This document shows, in pieces, positions 29,521-38,702 of a DNA stretch of 64,000 nt. The stretch's first letter is position 1; the number at the start of each line of letters is the position of its first letter. Position numbers and translations under genes: made by a program. Below the pieces are notes generated by a model, which was not told the DNA's origin, did no database searches, and saw only the letters and a list, made by a program, of their open reading frames with translations. Source of the stretch: an uncultured Chloroflexia bacterium. Its GTDB lineage: Bacteria; Chloroflexota; Limnocylindria; Limnocylindrales; CSP1-4. Location: NCBI GenBank assembly GCA_963734535.1, contig CAVTHS010000008.1:416001-480000 (forward strand), in the 5' to 3' direction.

Positions 29521-29549
29521 TTGACCACACCGCTCGTACAGCGGATAAT
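29521..29549 (+). promoter_or_regulatory. Sigma70-like promoter for the integrase
   Basis: TTGACC-N17-GATAAT, overlapped by one copy of the TACAGCGGATAA repeat. Confidence 0.55.
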
Positions 29550-29645
29550 ATCGCCGAAAGCGACCACTTCTGAGCGTGGGACAGCGTCAAAGCATACGCT
29601 GTGCGCTCGCTGCTGAACTCGGCCAGGGAGGCTGACTGATTCCGG

Positions 29646-30603
29646 ATGGCCAGATCGTCTCGCACGTCCCCCATCGTAGCCGAAACGAGTCGTCGGCGGC
29701 AACCGGGCTGACGATCGACGCTGCGATCGACTCGCTACCGGCTCAGCCTTCGAGCGGGCAACAAGAGCCCGGCCACGATCAAGACCTACCTCGCGGCCCT
29801 GGCCCGGTTCAGCCGGTTCCTCGCCGAGCGGGGCATGCCTCGGACCCTGCGGGCGATCCGGCGGGAGCACGTCGAGGCCTTCATCGTCGCCCTCCAGGAC
29901 GCGGGCCAACGCCCGGCGACCGTGTCGATCGCCTACCGGAGCCTCCAGCCGTTCTTCAAGTGGGCCCTCGGCGAAGACGAGATCGCCGCCTCACCGATGG
30001 AGCGGATGACGCCCCCGATCGTGCCCGAGGAGCCGCCGGCCGATACTGCGCAACGAGGAGCTCAAGGCGATCCTCGACGCGTGTGCCGGGGCCGACTTCG
30101 ACGCCCGCCGCGACACGGCGATCATCCGGCTCCTCCTCGACACCGGCATGCGGCGGGCCGAGCTCGCCGGGCTCGAGCGCGACGACATCGACATGGACCA
30201 GCAGGTCGCGATCGTGATGGGCAAGGGCCGTCGACCGCGGGCCTGTCCGTTCGGCAACAAGACCGCCCAGGCGCTCGATCGCTACCTGCGGCTTCGCGCT
30301 GGCTCATCCTCACGCGCAACGGACGGAGCTCTGGCTCGCCCCCAGGGGCGTCCTCACCGACAGCGGCGTGTTGCAGGTGCTGCGGCGCCGCGGCGCCACA
30401 GCTGGGACTCGCCGAAGCTCCACCCGCACCAGTTCCGCCACACCTACGCCCACCTCTGGCTCGCCGACGGCGGCAACGAAGGCGACCTCATGCGCCTCGC
30501 CGGCTGGAAGAGCCGCCAGATGCTCAGCCGCTACGGCGCGTCGGCGGCTGACGAGCGGGCGAGGGATGCCTACCGGTGACGGAGTCCGGGAGATCGGATC
30601 TGA
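29646..30603 (+). pseudogene. Tyrosine recombinase/integrase with several frameshifts and a late in-frame stop
   Basis: KSPATIKTY, DTGMRRAEL, GKGRRPR, HPHQFRHT, LAGWKS, MLSRYG lie in different frames; AYR*RSPGDRI*. Confidence 0.9.
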
Positions 30604-30671
30604 GCCAGGTTCCACGGTAGATCGCTCAATCCCACCGCCCCGCCGGTACGGCCCGCGTGGGTCGGAAGACC

Positions 30672-30724
30672 TATACCATCGAATGCTCATATACCACTGT
30701 GGTATAGTGGCTCTCGATGGTACA
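30672..30724. promoter_or_regulatory. Nested inverted-repeat operator upstream of AbiEi-like gene
   Basis: TATACCAC-T-GTGGTATA (30690-30706) flanked by TACCATCGA (30674) and TCGATGGTA (30714). Confidence 0.8.
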
Positions 30725-31763
30725 ACTAGTCACCGAGCGCGACCTTCGCGAGTCACTCGAGGCAGGCCTTCAGAAGACCCTACCTGCAGGGTGGCACGCT
30801 GCATTCTCGCCTACCAGCGCGTCGGATGACCCACAGATCGACGGCGTGCTTGACCTCGTCGCACCAACGGGGGAGACGAGCCGGGCCGGTGTGATCTTCA
30901 AGGCTCGGCTGGAGCCTGCGCAGATCCACGCTAGCTGCCCTGGTTGACGAAGAACCCATCGTCGCTTGTTGTGGCGCCCCGGATGAGCGCCCGAGCCCGA
31001 AGCCTCTTGAACGATGCCGGCGTGAGCTCGGTATGTGCCGGGCGGTGACTGCCGAATTGCGATCGGCGGGCTGTTCATCGAGCGACTCATCGGGCAATCC
31101 AAGCGACGATCGGCCGGTGCTCCGGACACAAGGTTCGTCGCCGACGTGTTCGCGGGCGGAGCACTGCGTGTGGTCCGCTGGCTCCTCATCGAACCTGGCC
31201 GATCTTGGTCCGTTGGCGACATGGCGGAACGCAGCGGCCTCACCCTGGGCTTCGCCAGCCGAACGTTCAAGACCCTCGCTCGGGATGCCTACATCGAGCG
31301 AGTTCGTGGCGCGACCCGACTGACCGACCGAGACGCTCTGCTAGAGGCATGGGCAGCAGCGCCGTCGCCCCGTCAGTCCGCCTTCGAGCGTGTCGCGACG
31401 GTGGACGGCCCGGAGGCGCTCCTCCGAATGATCCGCGCGTTCACGACGCCATCTCCGTACGCCGTAACTGCCGAAGCGGCCGCCGACAGGCTCGCGCCAT
31501 TCGCCCGGTTCAGCCGAGTCGAGATGTACGTCCAGGACGTCGCGGGTTGGGATCGGGCACTCGGTTTGACCAGCGTCCCGCGCGGCGGGACCGTGGTACT
31601 GATCAAGCCTGCGGACGCTGGTGTGTTCGACGGCTCGTTCGAGCGTGACGGAGTGCCGCTGACGAGTCGACCCCAGCTGTACGTCGATCTCGTCCGCCGC
31701 GGTGGAGCGGCCGCTGAGGCTGCGGCCTTCATGCGTGAGAGGGGCGCGCTGTGGCCGCAATAG
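30717..31763 (+). CDS. Type IV TA antitoxin / transcriptional regulator (AbiEi-like); frameshifted around 30935-31035
   Basis: HTH SVGDMAERSGLTLGFASRTFKTL, ALLEAWAA, C-terminal SRPQLYVDL; N-terminal part in ORF 30717-30947. Confidence 0.75.
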
Positions 31764-32587
31764 ACCCGCGCGACGACCCGGCGTCGGTCGTCGCGGCCGA
31801 GCGGGTGATGCTCGAGCTCTGGACGATCCTCGGCGGCTTCGCCGACGCCATGACGATCGTCGGCGGCAGCGCGCCGCCCCTGCTCACCGGCGATCGGCCC
31901 GACGATCCCTACGTCGGAACCCTAGATGTCGATCTCGTGGTTGACCCGATCGACGTCCCCGATGAGGTCTACCGGACGATCGCGGAGCTCCTCCGTGAGC
32001 GTGGCTACCTTCAGCTCGAGCAGCCGTTCCGTTGGCTCCGGTCGCTGACGGTCGACGGACGATCAATCGACGTCGAGCTGGATCTGCTCGCCCCTATCAC
32101 GCCGCGAACGGCATCCGACCACCGGCACGAGCGGATCGGCGGAGAGCCGCTGGCCCGCCGGACGGAGGGCGCCGAGCTCGTCCGGATCGGCCGTGTCGAG
32201 CGCGAACTCGAAGGTGTGCTGCCCGACGGGCGGGCGAACCGAGTGGCGGTCCGCGTCGCCACACCGGCGGCCCTCGTGATCCTCAAGGCGCTGGCGATGG
32301 GTCAACGGGACAAGCCGAAGGACGCCTACGACATCGACTACCTCCTCCGCCACGTCGGCGTCAAAGGGGTGGCGGCCGGGGTCGCCGAATTTGGCCAGCT
32401 CGAGCCGGTCAAGAAAGCCCTGGGCGTCCTGGCCGAGAAGTTCAGGTCGATCGATGCGATCGGGCCGGCGAGCGTGGCCCTCTACCGGCGCGTTCCGCTC
32501 GGCAGTTCGGAGGCCGACCAACTCCAGGCGCTCGCCTACGCCCGCGTCGATCAACTGTTGCGACGGCTACAGGACGAGACGTCCTGA
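31751..32587 (+). CDS. Nucleotidyltransferase toxin (AbiEii-like)
   Basis: IVGGSA, GTLDVDL, ILKALA...RDKPKDAYDI; overlaps the antitoxin stop. Confidence 0.82.
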   Translation: MAAIDPRDDPASVVAAERVMLELWTILGGFADAMTIVGGSAPPLLTGDRPDDPYVGTLDVDLVVDPIDVPDEVYRTIAELLRERGYLQLEQPFRWLRSLTVDGRSIDVELDLLAPITPRTASDHRHERIGGEPLARRTEGAELVRIGRVERELEGVLPDGRANRVAVRVATPAALVILKALAMGQRDKPKDAYDIDYLLRHVGVKGVAAGVAEFGQLEPVKKALGVLAEKFRSIDAIGPASVALYRRVPLGSSEADQLQALAYARVDQLLRRLQDETS

Positions 32588-32642
32588 TGGGGGGTCCCGC
32601 CACATTTGCAGGCACCAATCACCAGGCCGCGTCTGCCGCTCC

Positions 32643-32900
32643 CTATCGTCCAGATCGGCGCTTCCTGGCAGAGAGGTACGCCAGCCTCGTGAAGTAGGCC
32701 CGCCTCGCCGCGTCGGCGCGGCGGTGGCGTTCATGTTCGGGGAGACGGCGGTCGGGGTCGACCTGGTCGAGGAAGCGCTCGTTGAAGGCGACGCGGGCGG
32801 CCTTGGTTGTTTCGCGTGGGTCGTAGCGGGCGTGGAGCATGTAGGCGGCCATCCGGGCGCGCATCACACGCTCCGAGGGCGTGAGGGACTCGCGCCTCAT
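32643..32900 (-). CDS. Small basic hypothetical protein
   Basis: MRRESLTPSERVMRARMAAY...FLDQVDPDRRLPEHERHRRADAARRAYFTRLA; co-oriented with the Phd genes. Confidence 0.7.
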   Translation of the reverse strand: MRRESLTPSERVMRARMAAYMLHARYDPRETTKAARVAFNERFLDQVDPDRRLPEHERHRRADAARRAYFTRLAYLSARKRRSGR

Positions 32901-33007
32901 CGGAGCGACTGGTGCTCCAGATCGGGATCCACCCGAACGAGAGCATAGACGGAGGCGAGGGACGGGAAGGCCATCGCGGGACGCACGGACGCTCGGACGA
33001 GGCCGCG

Positions 33008-33610
33008 TCAGCCGGCCATCGCTCGCGCTTCTCCGGTGCGGCCGCCACGCTCGCGGAACGCCTTCACGAAGGCCACGATCTCGAGCCCGTCCGCCGTTCC
33101 GAGGTCGAGTCCTGCCGCAAGGAACCATGCGACGACGCGGGACAGGCGACGGAGGCGGTAGTACTCGGCGGGCGTGATGAGGACGCCGACGAACGTGCCG
33201 CTCGAGTAGATGGCGGCCGGGCGACCTTCGGTGACCTCATCGACGATGGAGGCGACCCGCCGCTGGATCTCGGTGATCCCGATCGGCCGCGGGATCTCGA
33301 GGACCTGCCGTACGGCACGCCCCAGCCGTCGGATGGCAGTCCCGGTTGGGCGGACCTCCCCGCCGACCAATGAGCCGAGCGCGCTCGTGTCGTCGGCGAG
33401 CTCCGGGTAGACATCGAGCCCGTGGAGCGTCGACAGCGCCCGCTCAATGGCGATCCAGCGCTCGACCTCGACGTTGGTGACGAGCACGACCGCCGGATCG
33501 CCGTGCTGGAAGACCATCACCGGCGTTCCCGCCGTTGCGTGGGCGATCGCCAGTCGAGCCTTGTCGCGGAGCTCGTGCACCGCCATCGTCCGCGGCTCGC
33601 CGTTGATCAC
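33008..33610 (-). CDS. Tandem Phd/YefM-domain protein
   Basis: MAVHELRDKA...GTPVMVFQHGDPAVVL and IGITEIQRRVASIVDEV.EGRPAAIYSSGTFVGVLI; GTG overlaps the upstream stop. Confidence 0.7.
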   Translation of the reverse strand: MINGEPRTMAVHELRDKARLAIAHATAGTPVMVFQHGDPAVVLVTNVEVERWIAIERALSTLHGLDVYPELADDTSALGSLVGGEVRPTGTAIRRLGRAVRQVLEIPRPIGITEIQRRVASIVDEVTEGRPAAIYSSGTFVGVLITPAEYYRLRRLSRVVAWFLAAGLDLGTADGLEIVAFVKAFRERGGRTGEARAMAG

Positions 33611-33897
33611 GACTCGGCCTCCCAATCGGAGGCCGGTGACAGCGGTTCGAGAACTGCCATACCGTCGCCGCACCGGGTGATGAGGACGGGCTCGCGGTGG
33701 GTGGGCTCGAGGCTACACAGGTTCCGCCACGGCAACGTCGCCATGCAGCTTCGGAAAGCCTCTCTGTCTTGTGAAGGTCGCAGGACAGCGGTGGGGTGGC
33801 CGTGGCGCAGGACGAGGACCTTGTCTCCGCGCGAGACCCTTGCTAGACAGGCGTCCGGCTGCCGACGAATTGATACCGTGGAGATCGTCTGTTCCAT
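33607..33897 (-). CDS. Phd/YefM-family protein with a second degenerate Phd repeat
   Basis: ISTVSIRRQPDACLARVSRGDKVLVLRHGHPTAVLRP...EPVLITRCGDGMAVLEPL. Confidence 0.65.
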   Translation of the reverse strand: MEQTISTVSIRRQPDACLARVSRGDKVLVLRHGHPTAVLRPSQDREAFRSCMATLPWRNLCSLEPTHREPVLITRCGDGMAVLEPLSPASDWEAES

Positions 33898-33903
33898 GCC
33901 CCG

Positions 33904-33932
33904 ACCGTACGCTCGCGCGGCGCCTAATTCAA
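33904..33932 (-). promoter_or_regulatory. Leaderless sigma70-like promoter
   Basis: TTGAAT-N17-TACGGT, 6 nt before ATG 33897. Confidence 0.55.
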
Positions 33933-34094
33933 GTGAGTTAAGTGTATTGTTCGGTGTACTTTCTCGGAAGAGCCCGGCGGGGGCGGAACAAGCCCGACTG
34001 TCAAGCCTCGGACAGCTGCCGGTCCCGGACCTCAACCCTTCGGACGTCCGCTACGTGCTCTTCAGGCCCGATGGGTCTCCGGTGATCGCGGAGC

Positions 34095-34721
34095 TCAGGA
34101 GGGCTCTGACGGCGAGAGCGCGAACCATCCCTGCGTCTCGGCGAGCGTGACCAGCTCTGTCCGGCTGAGGACTCCGTAGCGCCCGAACAGGCGCCGGAGG
34201 GAGCTCTCCACGCCGCGCGTGCCGATGCCTAGGCGAACCGAGACCTCATCGTTCGAATGGCCGCTCCGGACGAGCCGGATGACCTCCAGCTCCCGGTCCG
34301 AGGGTGGTCGAGGCGCGTGGGAGGCGCCGTGCGACGCGGACGTGGCGAACGCAGTGCCGCCCGCCGCCACGCGGCGAAGGGCCGCCACGATCTCGGGGAC
34401 GCCTGCGGTCTTCGGCAGATAGCCTGCGGCTCCAAGCTCGAGCGCACGCTGGTGGAACGCGGGGTAGTCGAACGAGCTGAAGAGAACGACCGCCGGACGG
34501 TCCGGTCGATCGCGGAGCCCTCGAAGGATCTCGAAGCCGCCGGGCTCGCCCTGGAGCTGCACGTCGCACAGCACCACCGAGGGTTGGAGCTCGCCGGCAA
34601 GTCGGAGCGCCTCCTCCACGTCACCGGCGACCCCAACGATGTCGATGTCGGTCTCCCGATCGAGGAGGGCGGCCAGGCCCGTCGCGGTCGACGGGTGGTC
34701 GTCGATCACGAGAAGGCGCAT
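34095..34721 (-). CDS. NarL/LuxR-family response regulator
   Basis: LVIDDH, VLCDVQL, GYLPK, PSDRELEVIRLVRSGHSNDEV; TAATG overlap with kinase stop. Confidence 0.93.
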   Translation of the reverse strand: MRLLVIDDHPSTATGLAALLDRETDIDIVGVAGDVEEALRLAGELQPSVVLCDVQLQGEPGGFEILRGLRDRPDRPAVVLFSSFDYPAFHQRALELGAAGYLPKTAGVPEIVAALRRVAAGGTAFATSASHGASHAPRPPSDRELEVIRLVRSGHSNDEVSVRLGIGTRGVESSLRRLFGRYGVLSRTELVTLAETQGWFALSPSEPS

Positions 34722-36154
34722 TACGCCGGCCACCGAAGAAGTACCATCGTCCCACCGCCCGGCCGCGCCCCGATCTGGATGACGGCGCCGATCGCGGCCG
34801 CCCGGCCCCGCATGTCGATGAGACCCAGGTGGCCCGCGCGGAGCGCCCGCTGCTCGTCTCCGGCCTGGATGCCGACGCCGTCGTCTCTCACCTCGAGCTC
34901 GGCGTGGCCAGCGTCCACGTCAAGTCGAACCCGGATAGTCCGCGGGCGCGCGTGGACCAATGCGTTGTCGAGCGCCTGCTGGCAAATGCGATACGCCGCG
35001 AGCTCGACGTCTCGTGGCGGACGTGCTTCCGACCCGAGCGGCGCGTTTTCGACGTCCAGCTCGATGCGAACACCGGTCCGGGCCTCGACCTGCTCGACCA
35101 GCCCCTCGAGCGCGGGCACGAGCCCGAGCTCCTCGAGAACGCTCAGCCGCCGATCACCCATTAGGTCGCGGAGGTCCACGGCGATCCCGCGCAGCCGCTC
35201 GGCGGCGTCGACGGCGGAGCCTCCCTCCTCGATGGAGCGGATCGCAGCCGAGAGATCGGGGAGGACGTCCGCGTGAAGCTCGGTGGCGAGTCGAGCCCGC
35301 TCGCGCTCGATGGCCGTGAGGCGCGTCCGGGTTCGGCCGGGCACGAGCTCGTCGACGACCAGGCCCAGCGCTACGGCCGGTGCCAGGGTCGACAGGCCGG
35401 CTCCCGAGCGTGCTCGCGCGCGGGCGAACGCCGAGGCGACGGTCGCGGAGAATGCCACGGCAGCGATGCCGACGGTCAGGACGACTGACAGGTTCCGAAG
35501 GGCGACCCAGTCGTCCTGCGCCGTTGCATACGACACGGCCCAGCCGACGAGGTAGGCCGCGACCGCCCCGATCGCGGCGAACCGGGCAATACGTGCCCTC
35601 GGGCCCGCAGCAGCGACCACGTACAACGCTCCAACGACCGGTCCGGCCACCTCGATGGCCAGGCTGAGCGGCGGATCGACGACGAGGGTCGCGGCGAGCG
35701 ACGCCAGGATCGGCGGCAACAGGAGAAGCCACCAGGCGACCGACGGCACGACGCGGGAGGCGAGGATCGCGAGGCCAAGGGCCAGCAGCCCGGCGATCAG
35801 GGGTTGCGGTTCTGGTGGCAGGTCGTGGCGCTGGACCGTGATCCGGGCGACGCCGTCGGTGATCAACATCGATTCCCAGTCGCCGGACGGGAGCACGTCC
35901 GACGGGCTGATCCCGATGACCTCCATCCCGGGGCGAATGCCGCCGATCCAAGCGATGCCCCCAGGCGAGACGGTCGTCACGAGCCAGCGGTCGTCAGGCT
36001 GGTGCGTCACGCCGATGCTGAGCGTCGGCATTCCGACCAGGACCAGCCAGCCAAGTGCGAGCAGCGAGGCGATCGCAATGCCGATGGCCACGCCGAGGGC
36101 GCGGGTCGGCCGGGCTGTGCGGATCTGGGCGTCTCCCGGTGCTGCTAAAGACAC
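34721..36154 (-). CDS. Multi-TM HisKA_3 sensor kinase with extracellular PDZ-like domain (ComP-like architecture)
   Basis: WLVTTVSPGGIAWIGGIRPGMEVIGI, about 6 TM segments, ERARLATELHADV, QQALDNA, DDGVG, LGL; start could be 36193. Confidence 0.85.
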   Translation of the reverse strand: MSLAAPGDAQIRTARPTRALGVAIGIAIASLLALGWLVLVGMPTLSIGVTHQPDDRWLVTTVSPGGIAWIGGIRPGMEVIGISPSDVLPSGDWESMLITDGVARITVQRHDLPPEPQPLIAGLLALGLAILASRVVPSVAWWLLLLPPILASLAATLVVDPPLSLAIEVAGPVVGALYVVAAAGPRARIARFAAIGAVAAYLVGWAVSYATAQDDWVALRNLSVVLTVGIAAVAFSATVASAFARARARSGAGLSTLAPAVALGLVVDELVPGRTRTRLTAIERERARLATELHADVLPDLSAAIRSIEEGGSAVDAAERLRGIAVDLRDLMGDRRLSVLEELGLVPALEGLVEQVEARTGVRIELDVENAPLGSEARPPRDVELAAYRICQQALDNALVHARPRTIRVRLDVDAGHAELEVRDDGVGIQAGDEQRALRAGHLGLIDMRGRAAAIGAVIQIGARPGGGTMVLLRWPA

Positions 36155-36230
36155 GGTCGTTCCCTGCTTCTTGGCGGATCGGCCTCCGATCATACGGGCG
36201 TTGAGATGGCTCGTCGTACGGACCAATCCG

Positions 36231-36457
36231 ACCGTGACGTGATCCCACGCCGCCCGCCTAGCGTGATTCCACGCCTTGCATCGGCGCCGACAGGCTCGAC
36301 AGTGGTGGTGCGTCCCTGACCACCGGAACCGCAGTCGAGGTCGCGCGCCATGCATGGATCCAAAGGTCGTCGAGGGCGTTGGGTGATCGGATGGGCAGTG
36401 CTGGGCCTCCTCGCGCTGCCGGTGACGGTCTCGGCCGCACCAGCCACGAATGGGGGG
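36231..36457 (+). repeat. Cassette-head repeat copy 1 (diverged, truncated)
   Basis: Aligns by eye with 37981-38208 and 41186-41413. Confidence 0.92.
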
Positions 36458-36493
36458 TCGGCCCTGAGCGCTGCTCTCACCCGATCCCGGTGA
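36350..36493 (+). CDS. 47-aa signal-peptide ORF, truncated paralog of the crystallin/I36-like gene (remnant or peptide precursor)
   Basis: MHGSKGRRGRWVIGWAVLGLLALPVTVSAAPATNGGSALSAALTRSR*; below the ORF-track cutoff. Confidence 0.6.
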   Translation: MHGSKGRRGRWVIGWAVLGLLALPVTVSAAPATNGGSALSAALTRSR

Positions 36494-36682
36494 CAGCCGC
36501 GCTGGCTAACCGCGCGACGTCGTCAGCTCCAGTCGGACCGGTTGTCGGCGTCCCAAAGGAGGGGTCCTCAAGAGAAGGGGACAACGGCGTTCCTTAGGGG
36601 ACGGGACTCTCCACTTGCTCCGCGGCGCACGACTGCGGGCACAACTTCACGGCACCAGGTAGATCCATCGAGAGGTGTACTC

Positions 36683-37228
36683 GTGAGAATTCGACGCGCG
36701 ACGGTTCTGTCGCTCGCCATGGCCGCCGCCTTGCTGCTTCCGGCCGCGCCGGTGGCGGCCACTTCACCTGCGTCGTCGATCATGTCCGTCACGGTCAACA
36801 GCCACCAGCTGCCCGATGGTACGCGAGTAGTTCTTAGCAAGGTGTGGACGACGAGCCCGGCCAATGCGATTCCGGCTGCGATCACGCCGATGTCCGCCGG
36901 GCAGTGGCACGCCGGATGCAATATGACCGGCTGGAGCGGCACCAACCGAATCTGGACCTTCACTGTCTGGCAGGACTTCTGGTCGAATGGGTCCTACATC
37001 ACGTACTTTCCGGACCCGCAGCCGGACGGGACGGGTTGGTTGGGCTGGGTCCAGAACTCCACCCCGCCTCCAACACACTGGTGGATCTCGTATCCGTACG
37101 CGGGCACCGCCTCGGGCAGGTACTCCTTCACGTACTACACCATCTACGGCCAGCCAGGGTCCTCAACCTCGGGTTACGTTCAGATCTACGTCAACTACCC
37201 AGGCACGTGGAGTTGTCAAGGCGCTTAG
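36683..37228 (+). CDS. Secreted Trp/Tyr/Gly-rich protein (cassette 1 effector candidate)
   Basis: AGAGG RBS, signal peptide, ITPM junction, aromatic-rich domain bounded by two Cys. Confidence 0.75.
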   Translation: MRIRRATVLSLAMAAALLLPAAPVAATSPASSIMSVTVNSHQLPDGTRVVLSKVWTTSPANAIPAAITPMSAGQWHAGCNMTGWSGTNRIWTFTVWQDFWSNGSYITYFPDPQPDGTGWLGWVQNSTPPPTHWWISYPYAGTASGRYSFTYYTIYGQPGSSTSGYVQIYVNYPGTWSCQGA

Positions 37229-37442
37229 TCCCGAAAGAGGCCCGCACCGAGCCCGCGGTTGGAGATGTCGTCCGGGCGTCGAATCATCGGGCGCCTTGGA
37301 TAGTTCGTTCCGCCACTGGGGGTTCGGTTCGAAGTCCCAGATCGAGGCGATCGGATCGTAGATCCGATCGCCTCGTTGAGCCGGAGCGGAGGCGCGGATC
37401 AATCGGCGCCTCTGCTCCGGTCGATCGAAAGGACGGAAGCGA

Positions 37443-37739
37443 ATGTACGACGGATCGATTAGCAGTCTTGTGGGTGCAGTCCTGTATGTGGTCGCGCCTG
37501 TTCTCCTGGTCGTCGTCTTGCTCTTGTTGCTCAGGGCGGTCATCGCGGGCGGGATTCGTGACGGGTTGCGAGCCGCGCGGACAGGCGAGGACCCGGACAC
37601 CATCCTGAAGCGGCGGTACGCCTTGGGCGAGATTGATGAGTCCGAATTCCAGCGTTGCCAGAGACTGCTGTCTACACCCCAGCATCCCTCATCCGACAAC
37701 AGCTCGCCGGGCGAGCATCCGTCGGCGCTCGACCCCTGA
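37443..37739 (+). CDS. Single-TM SHOCT domain protein
   Basis: Long hydrophobic segment then DPDTILKRRYALGEIDESEFQR. Confidence 0.8.
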   Translation: MYDGSISSLVGAVLYVVAPVLLVVVLLLLLRAVIAGGIRDGLRAARTGEDPDTILKRRYALGEIDESEFQRCQRLLSTPQHPSSDNSSPGEHPSALDP

Positions 37740-37980
37740 TCTGGCGTGGCCACCTTCACGACGACCGGCAAGGCAGCCGGCAACGTCCCGGGGCGCTCTC
37801 GGACGGGCGTTCCTGGACGCGGGAACAGGTGTGGACTCTGGGGAGACGCGACGTCCTGGGCCATTCGAGATGGGCACGACCAATCCGCGCCCAGCTGCCC
37901 ATGCGACCTCGCAGGGGTCGCCTCGGCTCGTTCGGGTCATGCCGACACCCCAAAGGCCGCCGGCCAGCACGGGCGAGTCA

Positions 37981-38650
37981 ACCGTGACGTGATTCCAAGC
38001 CGTCCGGCAGGCGTGATCCCACGCCTTGCATCGGCGCCGACCGGCCTGACAGTGGTGGTGCGTCCCTGACCACCCCAACTGCAGTCGAGGTCGTGCCGCC
38101 ATGCATGGATATCAGGGACGTCGACCCTGCTGGGTGATCGGATTCGCGGTGCTGGGCCTCCTCGTGCTGCCGATGACGGTCTCGGCCGCGCCGGCCACGA
38201 ATGGGGCGCCGGCCGTCTACCTCGGTGGCCAGCGGATCGAGGGCCGCGCGGCAGCCAACCTCTTCTGTCACGACCGGGACTACCCCGTCATTCGCTGCTT
38301 CCGAACGGCAGCCGACCGGGCCACCAAGGAGGGCGGGCTCGCCGGGGCGCCGGATGGCGCGGTCGCCGGCAGCGTTGGTCAGCCCAACCTCCTGAGCCCG
38401 TACGTCCGCTGGTACCGCGATGCCAACTTCAGCGGTCCGAGCTTCGAAGCCTATGTCTACGAGCCGGACCTGGCCGCGATCGGCTGGGACAACCAGATCA
38501 GCTCCTTCCTGCCCCTCAACGGCGGCCATCCTCTGTGGTGGACGGGGCCGAACCGGACCGGCAACAGGTGGGACTGGGGCACCGCTTCGGCGGCCACCCT
38601 CGGCGCTGCCAACAACCAGTTCTCGAGCACGGACAAGGGCTGATCGGGGG
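37981..38650 (+). repeat. Cassette-head repeat copy 2 (~670 bp)
   Basis: Near-identical to 41186-41855. Confidence 0.95.
38101..38643 (+). CDS. Secreted beta/gamma-crystallin / peptidase inhibitor I36-like protein, copy A
   Basis: Signal peptide; WYRDANFSG...WDNQISS...WTGPNRTG...NNQFSS Greek-key pattern. Confidence 0.8.
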   Translation: MHGYQGRRPCWVIGFAVLGLLVLPMTVSAAPATNGAPAVYLGGQRIEGRAAANLFCHDRDYPVIRCFRTAADRATKEGGLAGAPDGAVAGSVGQPNLLSPYVRWYRDANFSGPSFEAYVYEPDLAAIGWDNQISSFLPLNGGHPLWWTGPNRTGNRWDWGTASAATLGAANNQFSSTDKG

Positions 38651-38702
38651 TGAGGTCATGCGACGTGGGGCACGGTAGAACGGGAAGCAAATGGAGATTC
38701 CG

